Notes under the pieces: generated by a model
What the model saw: only the letters and a program-made list of their open reading frames with translations
The model's database searches: none
What the model was told of the DNA's origin: nothing
Assembly (NCBI GenBank): GCA_964220215.1
Contig: CAXPTH010000012.1
Location: forward strand, 1 to 64,000
DNA: 64,000 bases
Source of the DNA: Alteromonas sp.
Lineage (GTDB): Bacteria; Margulisbacteria; Marinamargulisbacteria; UBA6595
Reading direction: 5' to 3'
Shown: in pieces, positions 1 through 9,730 of the stretch
Numbering within the stretch: position 1 is the stretch's first letter
How the letters are laid out: the number at the start of each line of letters is the position of its first letter
Made by a program: the position numbers and the translations under genes

Positions 1-178
1 AAGCTTCTCATGAAACATCCCAAGCACCCAAATACCTCTAAGCACCCAATCCCAAAGCCCCTAAATCCCCTAAAGGGGACTTGTAATGCAAGCTTCTCAT
101 GAAACATCCCAAGCACCCAAATACCTCTAAGCACCCAATCCCAAAGCCCCTAAATCCCCTAAAGGGGACTTGTAATGC
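1..178. repeat. Two tandem 89-bp copies (1-89, 90-178), each containing the REP-like palindrome in reverse orientation; array probably continues left of the window
   Basis: aagcttctcatgaaacatccc...ggggacttgtaatgc occurs at 1 and again at 90. Confidence 0.95.
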
Positions 179-712
179 GACGGCCAATGAAACTGAACGG
201 AGGGCTAAAGTGATAGATTCAACAAATCCAAAGCCATATAACTATAGCTGTTCAAAAAAGTACTGCTTCATCAAACGTTTGCATAAAAAGTCCCCTTTAG
301 GGGATTTAGGGGCCTGGGGGACTTGTAGTGCGACGGCCAATGAAACTGAACGGAGGGCTAAAGTGATAGATTCAACAAATCCAAAGCCATATAACTATAG
401 CTGTTCAAAAAAGTACTGCTTCATCAAACTTTTGCATAAAAAGTCCCCTTTAGGGGATTTAGGGGACTTGGGGAGTTGTAATGCAAGCTTCTGATGAAAC
501 TGAACGGAGGGCTAGAGTCATCGGTTCAACAAACCCAAAGCTATATAACTATAGCTGTTCAAAAAAGTACTGCTTCATCAAACGTTTGCATAAAAAGTCC
601 CCTTTAGGGGATTTAGGGGCCTTGGGATTAAGCTCTTAGAGATTTAAATACTTAGAATGAGATCTTCATCAAACGTTTGCATAAAAAGTCCCCTTTAGGG
701 GATTTAGGGGCC
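146..712. repeat. Tandem 153/154-bp units (three copies plus a partial fourth) bounded by the REP-like 26-mer AAGTCCCCTTTAGGGGATTTAGGGGC; MITE/BIME-like
   Basis: tgaaactgaacggagggcta at 188, 341 and 495; 26-mer forward at 288, 441 (last base differs), 595 and 686, reverse at 57 and 146. Confidence 0.9.
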
Positions 713-816
713 TAGGTATTTAGGGACTTGGGATTTAGATTCCTGGGATTAAGGCCTAGAGATTTAAATGCCTAAGGATTAAGGCCTAAGAATTTAAATA
801 CCTAAGAATTTAGGTC
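711..816. repeat. Degenerate ~14-16-bp tandem repeats (cctRRgRattTAgg-like) resembling the REP tail
   Basis: cctaggtatttaggga / cttgggatttagattc / cctaaggattaagg / cctaagaatttaaata / cctaagaatttagg. Confidence 0.75.
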
Positions 817-845
817 AAAAAAAAGGGCCACCCGAAGGCAGCCCT
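817..845 (-). terminator. Rho-independent terminator of the OMP gene
   Basis: Minus strand AGGGCTGCC-TTCG-GGTGGCCCT followed by a T run; cUUCGg tetraloop; 27 nt after the stop. Confidence 0.92.
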
Positions 846-872
846 GTGTGTTTCAGTATTATGAAACAGGAA

Positions 873-1487
873 TTAGAATGCGTATCCGACGACTAGGCCG
901 ATTTGCGCACCGCCTACATCCATTTTTTCTTTCTTAGTAGAAGTAGAAACCTTTTCAAATTCAACCGTTGCACTGGTGTATGTAAGGTTTGCACCGACAT
1001 AGATAGCCTCTGTAACATTGTACAAACCACCCACTTCACCGTAGAATCCTAATGTTGATGCTGTTTCTGAAAGTTTAGTAAGAGTATGATCAAGCTCAAG
1101 CTTAGCTGTAACACTGGACAAACCACCACCGTAGTAGATAGAGAATGCGTCAAAGTCTTGGTACTTACGAGCACCTAAACGAATCTCAGACAAGCTTAGT
1201 GTAGCAATTCCTTTCTCAGAACTACTAGCGAAGTAACCCGCCGCAATGTTAAACGGAAGCACGTCTAATTTGTAGTCAAAATCAAGACCAAACTGAGTCT
1301 GACTTTTCATATCTTTAACATCAGTACCAAACTTATCCCCTGGGCTGATCATTTTAGACCCAACGTTTAAGTTAACGTGTGCGCGGTCATCGTCAAATCC
1401 GCCCATGTAACCCGATACGTTTGCCGATACAGCCAACGCCGTGACCATAATGGCAGAAAAAATCTTTGCTGAAACTTTTTTGCTCAT
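873..1487 (-). CDS. Outer-membrane beta-barrel protein (OmpA/OmpW-like porin family), probably highly expressed
   Basis: Signal peptide, alternating amphipathic strands, C-terminal VGYAF; SD AAAGGA; consensus promoter and terminator. Confidence 0.85.
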   Translation of the reverse strand: MSKKVSAKIFSAIMVTALAVSANVSGYMGGFDDDRAHVNLNVGSKMISPGDKFGTDVKDMKSQTQFGLDFDYKLDVLPFNIAAGYFASSSEKGIATLSLSEIRLGARKYQDFDAFSIYYGGGLSSVTAKLELDHTLTKLSETASTLGFYGEVGGLYNVTEAIYVGANLTYTSATVEFEKVSTSTKKEKMDVGGAQIGLVVGYAF

Positions 1488-1537
1488 AGAATTTCCTTTT
1501 CGCTCAACTTTAATAAAAAATTAAAACCTAAAATCAG

Positions 1538-1566
1538 ATTCTAGCAACTGACTCACTAACTGTCAA
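1538..1566 (-). promoter_or_regulatory. Sigma70 promoter of the OMP gene
   Basis: Minus strand TTGACA-17 nt-TAGAAT with extended -10 TG. Confidence 0.85.
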
Positions 1567-1596
1567 CCATTCAGTGATAGATTCCCTACGACTAAA

Positions 1597-1696
1597 AAGT
1601 CCCCTTTAGGGGATTTAGGGGCTTTGGATTTAGGTGCCTGAGATTTAGGGGACCTAGGGATAAGGGCTTTGGATTTAGGGGCTTTGGATAGGGGCC
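1597..1696. repeat. Outlying REP-like 26-mer followed by degenerate GGATTTAGGGG repeats
   Basis: aagtcccctttaggggatttaggggc at 1597-1622, then G-run-rich repeats. Confidence 0.9.
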
Positions 1697-1708
1697 TAAT
1701 CAAACTAT

Positions 1709-2551
1709 CTACTGTGCTGATTGACTGACGGCCAATTGGCTGACCTGCGCTCGAATAAACGCACCGCCGACGGTGATCAAATAGGCCACGTATGCAAGCA
1801 GCTCCATCCCATAGGGATTGCCGTTATACCCAAACAACCCCTTAAGCAAGCCACCAATAGCCCCTTTTTCATGCCACAATGGATACACCCCCTCCTGAAC
1901 AACCAACGGGTTAATATCCCACAATTCACCAAATACAACCGGAAATACCCCGCCCGACTGCAATTCATGAATTCCATGCGCCACCAACCCAGCCGCAAAC
2001 GCAATTAACAAAACACTACTCACTGTAAAAAAAGACCGTACCGGGACTCGGCAAAGGCCCTTAAATAGCGCATAGCACACCCCAATCGCAAGCCCGATTC
2101 CCACTGCCGATCCTAAAAATAAGCTGGACTGCGTGGCGTACCAAGCGGCCCGCAAAAACAAGATCGTCTCAATGCCTTCACGAAGCACTGCCGTATACAC
2201 AATGAGGAACAACCCCCAAGGATGCGCCGCTGCCGCAGACACCGATGCTTTTAATGCCGTGATGCGCGCTTTTTGCTTCGCCAACCATACAATTAATGTC
2301 GTTAACAAGGCTGCCCCCAACAACATAACCACACCCTCAAACACTTTTTCAATGGGCCCCGAAAAGTTGCCTAAAAGCTGAAGGATGACGACTGCCAAAG
2401 CAGCGCTTGTCACCACCCCCCACACCAATCCATGCACCAACCATCGGACCATACCCAACGCATTGGCCTGCTTCAAAATACTCCAAACTAAACCCAATAC
2501 TAGGCCCACCTCTAGTGTCTCCCGAAATGTGATTAAGGCATAAGCAATCAT
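1709..2551 (-). CDS. FTR1/EfeU family high-affinity iron permease
   Basis: Two RExxE motifs (FRETLE, LREGIE), multiple TM helices; start placed at MIAYALITFRE. Confidence 0.9.
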   Translation of the reverse strand: MIAYALITFRETLEVGLVLGLVWSILKQANALGMVRWLVHGLVWGVVTSAALAVVILQLLGNFSGPIEKVFEGVVMLLGAALLTTLIVWLAKQKARITALKASVSAAAAHPWGLFLIVYTAVLREGIETILFLRAAWYATQSSLFLGSAVGIGLAIGVCYALFKGLCRVPVRSFFTVSSVLLIAFAAGLVAHGIHELQSGGVFPVVFGELWDINPLVVQEGVYPLWHEKGAIGGLLKGLFGYNGNPYGMELLAYVAYLITVGGAFIRAQVSQLAVSQSAQ

Positions 2552-2567
2552 CGTAAAAATCAGTGTA

Positions 2568-4313
2568 TCAAAACTGAGACTGAGTTTCAATACCCCATAA
2601 GCTTTGGTAGTGGCTATTGGGGGTTTCCATGAGTGTTTTATGCGTCCCGGATTCTACAATCTTGCCGTGATGCAGCACCACAATGCGATCCAAATGCACC
2701 ACCGTGGATAATCGGTGGGCAATCGCAATAACCGTGGCCGGCACGGTTTCCAACAGGGTTTCAATGGATGTTTGAATCGCCCGCTCGGTCGGCGTATCCA
2801 AACTGCTGGTGGCTTCATCCAAAATTAGGATAGGGGCCCGTTTTAATATGGCCCGTGCAATGGCGATGCGTTGGCGCTGCCCCCCGCTGACACTAACCCC
2901 TCGCTCCCCCACAACGGTATTGTATCCCTGAGGCATCTCCATAATCGCATCGTGAATACACGCTTGCTGACAGGCGGCTATAACATCCGCATCCGTGGCA
3001 TCGGGCCGTGCCACACGCAAATTATCCGCAATGGATTGATGAAACAAGGTCACATCCTGGGGGATCACCGCCATACTCGCCCGCAAGCTTTCCTGAGTGA
3101 CGGTATGAATCGAATGCCCATCCAATCGAATGCTGCCCGATTCAACATCAAAATACCGCAACAAGGATTTGACTAAGGTTGTCTTGCCCGACCCGGACAC
3201 CCCCACAATGCCGATGCGTTCCCCGGGCTGAATGGTTAATGAGAAGTCGGCCAGTACTGGGGTTTGGTCGTAGCGAACAGTAATTTGGTCAAATTCGAGC
3301 TTGCCTTGAATTGTGCTGGGGCTTAACGCAATGGCCTGGGGGGCATCAGCCACCGAATACGGCGTATACAAAATGCGATACGATTCAGACACTTGCGCCA
3401 CAGCCGGATTAATGGTGAATAGCAATAAATCCAAAAACTGGTCCACATCTCGGTGAATGTTTAGGGTCATCACAACCGCCACTAAAAAACCACCCATGCT
3501 GATGGCCCCGCTCAGGTACAATTGCGCCACGACATAGACCTGCACGCTGACCATGCCGGTAATCATCAGTGTATCAACATTATCCACCCACCAGGCATCA
3601 AAAAACCGTGTTTTATAATCCCATGTGCGCCATTGATTCAGGGCTGGTATCAGTCTTGACTGAATATTGCGGGCCATATTGCCAATGGTCTTGAGTGAAA
3701 AAATATTAATGAGGCTATCGGTAATAATGCCCATGGTTTGTTGCCGAGCCTGAACATAGCGGTGCTGAAGTTTAAGCTGATGCGCCATGAGTAGCGCCAA
3801 CACGGGCATATAAATGAGAATAAACACGCCCAACGTTATGGCCGGAACCGGATGAATGCGCCACAAAAACACCACGCTAAGCCCAACAGCCGAAACACTC
3901 GCTAAGGCCCGAAAACCGGCGGTGAGAATGGTCATGCACCCGTCTTGAAAGTCGGCCACTTTACTGGCAACATCACCCGATAACTGGGACTCAAACCAGT
4001 GCAGTGAATGCCCCACGGTTTGGGTATAAGCATCGCGCACCAGTTGACTCAACAAGCGGGGCTTGTACCGAATATCCAACAATCGATTTAAAAAATACAT
4101 CCCATGATGCCCCAGTTTATAGAAAAAAAAGGCAATAATGGGTTGTGTGGGGGACACGGGCTTCCCCTGCTGATAGGCAATGATGCTATCCGTCACCACC
4201 CGGATTTGATCCACAACGGCTAACCCAAACCATGCGGCAAACCCGGCCACAAGCAGCAACCCAGCCGCATACCAACGGTAGGCAGCAACCAGTGAAAAAA
4301 AATAAACCCGCAT
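2568..4313 (-). CDS. ABC exporter, fused permease and ATP-binding domains
   Basis: N-terminal TM domain, Walker A GVSGSGKT, signature VSGGQRQR, ILILDEATS, AHRLS. Confidence 0.93.
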   Translation of the reverse strand: MRVYFFSLVAAYRWYAAGLLLVAGFAAWFGLAVVDQIRVVTDSIIAYQQGKPVSPTQPIIAFFFYKLGHHGMYFLNRLLDIRYKPRLLSQLVRDAYTQTVGHSLHWFESQLSGDVASKVADFQDGCMTILTAGFRALASVSAVGLSVVFLWRIHPVPAITLGVFILIYMPVLALLMAHQLKLQHRYVQARQQTMGIITDSLINIFSLKTIGNMARNIQSRLIPALNQWRTWDYKTRFFDAWWVDNVDTLMITGMVSVQVYVVAQLYLSGAISMGGFLVAVVMTLNIHRDVDQFLDLLLFTINPAVAQVSESYRILYTPYSVADAPQAIALSPSTIQGKLEFDQITVRYDQTPVLADFSLTIQPGERIGIVGVSGSGKTTLVKSLLRYFDVESGSIRLDGHSIHTVTQESLRASMAVIPQDVTLFHQSIADNLRVARPDATDADVIAACQQACIHDAIMEMPQGYNTVVGERGVSVSGGQRQRIAIARAILKRAPILILDEATSSLDTPTERAIQTSIETLLETVPATVIAIAHRLSTVVHLDRIVVLHHGKIVESGTHKTLMETPNSHYQSLWGIETQSQF

Positions 4314-4352
4314 GCACTACAGTGTAGCAGATGCAAACTGTATATTAAAAAC

Positions 4353-4946
4353 TTAAAAATGATAGGCTGTTGTGACGTGAATACCCGACGCTGTTACACG
4401 CTTTTGTTCACCCAAAACATTGACATGACTTTCACTAACTTGATATGAAATACTAGCTGTCCAGTGACTGTGAATAGCATAGCGAACCCCAAGACCGGCT
4501 ACAACACCCAAATCTGAGCTGCCTCTATCATGCTGGCCATTTTTCGACTTTTCATAGCTAAATATTGCCGCTCCCAATGTGCCGTAAATCGATAATTCAG
4601 GAAGCATCGCATACCCAGCATCAATATTAATTCCATACTGAGCAGGCACCTTAAACCCAGAGTCGGCTCCGTTCGATTTGAACGTATCTGGTGTTAGCGC
4701 ATGATAAACGGCATACGGCTGTAGATAAATCGCGTCATTAAGATTAACCGTATATCCACCCAAAAGACTCATGCCCACAGAGCGGTGATACCCCTTTTTT
4801 CCAGCTTTATTTTTTACCAATACTTTAGTTTTTTGGTTATTTATACCGCCACCAACAAACCATCCATTTTTTGGAGCGTAGCTGACCTCTGATGTAACAC
4901 CATTGACCATTAAAGCCAGTAAACCAACAACTAAATATTTTTTCAC
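4353..4946 (-). CDS. Outer-membrane beta-barrel protein
   Basis: GTG start with AGAGGA SD, signal peptide, GWFVGGG, C-terminal TAYHF. Confidence 0.8.
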   Translation of the reverse strand: MKKYLVVGLLALMVNGVTSEVSYAPKNGWFVGGGINNQKTKVLVKNKAGKKGYHRSVGMSLLGGYTVNLNDAIYLQPYAVYHALTPDTFKSNGADSGFKVPAQYGINIDAGYAMLPELSIYGTLGAAIFSYEKSKNGQHDRGSSDLGVVAGLGVRYAIHSHWTASISYQVSESHVNVLGEQKRVTASGIHVTTAYHF

Positions 4947-5002
4947 TTTTTTTCCTCTATTTGACTTGACACTACTAAATAAACTGTGCAGATATTTTAT
5001 TT

Positions 5003-5032
5003 AGATTACAAAAAAAAACAGAATTAAGTCAA
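5003..5032 (-). promoter_or_regulatory. Putative promoter of the second OMP with a T9 tract in the spacer
   Basis: Minus strand TTGACT-18 nt (includes T9)-TAATCT. Confidence 0.6.
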
Positions 5033-5043
5033 GACGCAATTGT

Positions 5044-6453
<1,410 letters not shown>

Positions 6454-6489
6454 TTAGACTGCAATCATACCACAAACAAAATTATACGA

Positions 6490-7047
6490 CTATAGGTCAC
6501 CCATTTGTGCCTGTTGAACCCGATCCTGAACCAAGTGATTGAGCTGCTCAATCCAGGTTGGTTTTCGCTCAGTCAGACCCATTTGCTCCTCGGTTGAAAA
6601 CCGCCCCAGTACGTAGTTTGCCGCATCCATATGCCCCGGTTTTGGCCCCACCCCAATGCGCATACGCACAAATGCATGCGTTCCAATGCACTGAATAATG
6701 GATCGCATGCCGTTGTGGGTCCCCGCCGTCCCTTTTTCACGAATGCGAACTGAGCCAAACGGCAATTCAAAGTCATCATACACAACAATCAAATCGCGGG
6801 GGGTGAGTCGGTAAAACCGCAACACCGCCTGAACGGACTCCCCCGATGCGTTCATAAACGTGCCCGGCAATACGCTTTTAACCGCAACATCTCCCACCGA
6901 CCCCGACCACAATCGCCCCTGGCATTGGGATTTTGGACCTGAAAAATCATGCGACCGATTCCATGCTTTGACCAACCAAAACCCCACATTGTGCCGGGTG
7001 CCGGCATACCGCTCCCCCGGATTGCCCAGCCCCACCACCACCTTCAT
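6490..7047 (-). CDS. pth: Peptidyl-tRNA hydrolase
   Basis: VVGLGNPG..Y..TRHNVGF, TFMNASG, GTHNGMRS. Confidence 0.96.
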   Translation of the reverse strand: MKVVVGLGNPGERYAGTRHNVGFWLVKAWNRSHDFSGPKSQCQGRLWSGSVGDVAVKSVLPGTFMNASGESVQAVLRFYRLTPRDLIVVYDDFELPFGSVRIREKGTAGTHNGMRSIIQCIGTHAFVRMRIGVGPKPGHMDAANYVLGRFSTEEQMGLTERKPTWIEQLNHLVQDRVQQAQMGDL

Positions 7048-8645
7048 GACGCCATGACCTGCCGCCACCCCCAATCAAACGCTCGAGCGGACACTTTAAT
7101 CACGGGAGCGGCTTGGTGTCGTTTGTATTCGGATTGCGTCACCATCCGAATGACCGCCGATACCGTATCGGCGTCATAGCCCGCATGCACCAATTGATCC
7201 GCCGATTGCCCCGATTCAATATATCCCATTAAAATCGCATCCAGAACTGCGTACTCCGGCAACGTATCTTGATCCACTTGATTGGGCTTTAGTTCGGCCG
7301 ATGGGGGTTTGCTCCGTGTGGATTCGGGAATACGACTGGTAGCCCGATTCATATACTGGGCCAACGCATACACCTGTGTTTTATACACATCCCCAATGGG
7401 CGCCAGCCCCCCACACATGTCCCCATAGGCGGTACAATACCCCACCGCCAACTCACTCTTATTTCCGGTGGCCAACACCAAAGCCCCCGGCTGTTGGTTG
7501 GCATACGCCATCGTCAGCACGCCCCGGATCCGGGCTTGAACATTTTCTTCAACCAGGCTGTTGGGGTTGGCAAACCAGCTCACGGCTTGGGTCTGTTGCA
7601 AGAGGGTATCCACCAAATCCGTAATGGGTTGAATATCCAGACTAATCCCCAAGTTATCCGCCAAGGCCACGGCATCGGCAATGCTGCCCTCGCTAGAAAA
7701 CGGGCCCGGTAACGCCAACCCATGCACATGCTCTGGCCCCACCGCATCCACCGCCAATGCAGCGACAACCGCCGAATCAATCCCCCCGGACACGGCGACT
7801 ACAATGCGATCTAGGCCTGATTTTTTGACATACTCGCGAATACCCAAAACCAGAGCGGCATGAATCCCAGCCATCGGGTCCACGTCAGTGCCAACGGCCT
7901 CGGATGGCGACGCCGGATCCCACGTATACACACTCAATGCCGGTTCAAAATAGGGCAATTGATGCACCACCTGCCCGGTTTTATCCAAACAAAAACTACC
8001 CCCATCAAACACAGTCCCATCACAGCCGCCCACTTGATTGACCATAATCACAGTGGCCTGACACGCCTGAGCCACAGCGCCAAACTGCTGCAACCGTTGC
8101 GCCTGTTTATGAATGCCATACGGCGATGCGGACAAGTTTAGCAAAATATCCACCGAGGCATACGAGGCAATGGGTTCAACCGAGGCCCCACCCCAGGCAT
8201 CTTCGCAAATGGTAATACCAATTCGGGCCCCGCGATCCTCAATAATGGTGGGACCCCCTCCGGGCTGAAAGTACCGCGATTCAAAAAAGATGTCGTGATT
8301 GGGCAGCCGATGTTTGGCATATCCGTGTTGAATTTGACCATTGACAATCACCACCGCTGCATTGGCAATCGACCCGGATTCCTGATACACCGGCAATCCC
8401 ACCACCATATGCAAAGCTGGGAATTGATGACTCAGGGACAGCAGCCGGGTCACGGCGGCGTCTACAGCTGGCTTTAGGGACCAAACGGCATCGTAAATGG
8501 GATAGCCCGTGACCACCAGTTCGCTAAACACAATCCAGTCGGCACCCTGCTGGTGTGCGGTATGAATGGCCTGCTCAATGCGGTCGCTATTGGCGTCACA
8601 ATGCCCCGACCACGGATTCAATTGGGCCAATGCGAAGCGAATCAT
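7044..8645 (-). CDS. nadE: Glutamine-dependent NAD+ synthetase
   Basis: Nitrilase domain (E, K, ICED) plus SGGIDS, ENVQARIRG, GNKSE, PPSAEL; ATGA overlap with hemB stop. Confidence 0.95.
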   Translation of the reverse strand: MIRFALAQLNPWSGHCDANSDRIEQAIHTAHQQGADWIVFSELVVTGYPIYDAVWSLKPAVDAAVTRLLSLSHQFPALHMVVGLPVYQESGSIANAAVVIVNGQIQHGYAKHRLPNHDIFFESRYFQPGGGPTIIEDRGARIGITICEDAWGGASVEPIASYASVDILLNLSASPYGIHKQAQRLQQFGAVAQACQATVIMVNQVGGCDGTVFDGGSFCLDKTGQVVHQLPYFEPALSVYTWDPASPSEAVGTDVDPMAGIHAALVLGIREYVKKSGLDRIVVAVSGGIDSAVVAALAVDAVGPEHVHGLALPGPFSSEGSIADAVALADNLGISLDIQPITDLVDTLLQQTQAVSWFANPNSLVEENVQARIRGVLTMAYANQQPGALVLATGNKSELAVGYCTAYGDMCGGLAPIGDVYKTQVYALAQYMNRATSRIPESTRSKPPSAELKPNQVDQDTLPEYAVLDAILMGYIESGQSADQLVHAGYDADTVSAVIRMVTQSEYKRHQAAPVIKVSARAFDWGWRQVMAS

Positions 8646-9625
8646 CGGGTTGCGTAATGCTCCGCCCAAGCCTTGGCGTAATAGCTCACAATCCAATCCG
8701 CGCCCGCCCGGCGCATGCCCACAAAACTTTCGTGAAATACGGCCCATTCATCATCAAAAATGCCACTGGCTACGGCCTGCTTGAGCATGGCATATTCCCC
8801 CGATACTTGGTATACCGCCAGCGGCACGGTAGTGTGTTGGCGTAAGTGTGCCAATTGATCCAAATAGGGCATACCGGGTTTGACCATCACGGCATCGGCA
8901 CCGGCTTCCACATCCAGCAAGGCATCCCGGAGGGCTTCTCGGGATTGAGTGGGGGGGATTTGGTGTTGAGCTCGGGAGTATTCATGCGCAGCATGGCCAT
9001 CGTATTGGGCAGATGTGGCGGACCGAAATGGCCCATAAAATTGAGAATGGTATTTCATGGCATACGCCAGCACCCAGCAATCGGGGTACTGAGCCAAGGC
9101 TGATTTTAAAGCCGGTAGCGTGCCGTCAATCATGCCGGATGGGGCAACGGCGTGCACACCCGCTTCGGCGTAGCTCACGGCAATGGCTTGGAGGGACTCG
9201 AGGGTGGGGGGGATTTGAATGCCGCCGTTGGCATCCAAGCAGGCACAGGCGCCGTGGGTGGTGTACTGGCACAAACAAACATCGGCAATAACCACGAGGT
9301 CGGGAACGGCCTGTCGAATCGCCCGAATGCTGGATTGAACCACCCCGTTAGGGTCTGCGGCTTGGTGCCCGGTTGCATCTTTGGCATCGGGGATGCCGAA
9401 TAAAATGACCGCTCGAATGCCGAGGGCATGGAGGGCTTTGGCCTCTACCACCGCTTGATCGGGACTGAATCGGTAGTTGCCGGGTAGGGAGTCGATGGGA
9501 ACAGGACTGCCTAAACCGTGTTGAACAAATAGAGGGGCAATGAAATGCCGGGGTAATACGTCAGTTTCTGCAAACAATTCCCGCATCGCAGCTGTTTGCC
9601 GATACGGTTGAAAATGATCTTTCAT
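8642..9625 (-). CDS. hemB: Porphobilinogen synthase (ALA dehydratase)
   Basis: DVCLCQYTTHG, APSGMIDG, FYGPFR, MVKPG, YQVSGEYAM. Confidence 0.96.
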   Translation of the reverse strand: MKDHFQPYRQTAAMRELFAETDVLPRHFIAPLFVQHGLGSPVPIDSLPGNYRFSPDQAVVEAKALHALGIRAVILFGIPDAKDATGHQAADPNGVVQSSIRAIRQAVPDLVVIADVCLCQYTTHGACACLDANGGIQIPPTLESLQAIAVSYAEAGVHAVAPSGMIDGTLPALKSALAQYPDCWVLAYAMKYHSQFYGPFRSATSAQYDGHAAHEYSRAQHQIPPTQSREALRDALLDVEAGADAVMVKPGMPYLDQLAHLRQHTTVPLAVYQVSGEYAMLKQAVASGIFDDEWAVFHESFVGMRRAGADWIVSYYAKAWAEHYATR

Positions 9626-9730
9626 AAGTAGTATAATTATATCAAATTATACATTGGGAATAAATATTGATTTTTGATTTAGTCTCAAATTCTAAGCCAA
9701 TGGAGAGGAATAATAAGAGCGGAATAAACA

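Noticed and set aside
99..494. 131-aa ORF
   Set aside because: It is a translation of the tandem repeats; the 153-bp period is a multiple of 3, which keeps the frame open
57..712. CRISPR array (palindromic 26-bp repeat recurring)
   Set aside because: Intervening sequences are long near-identical copies rather than unique spacers, repeat orientation flips, and there are no cas genes in the window
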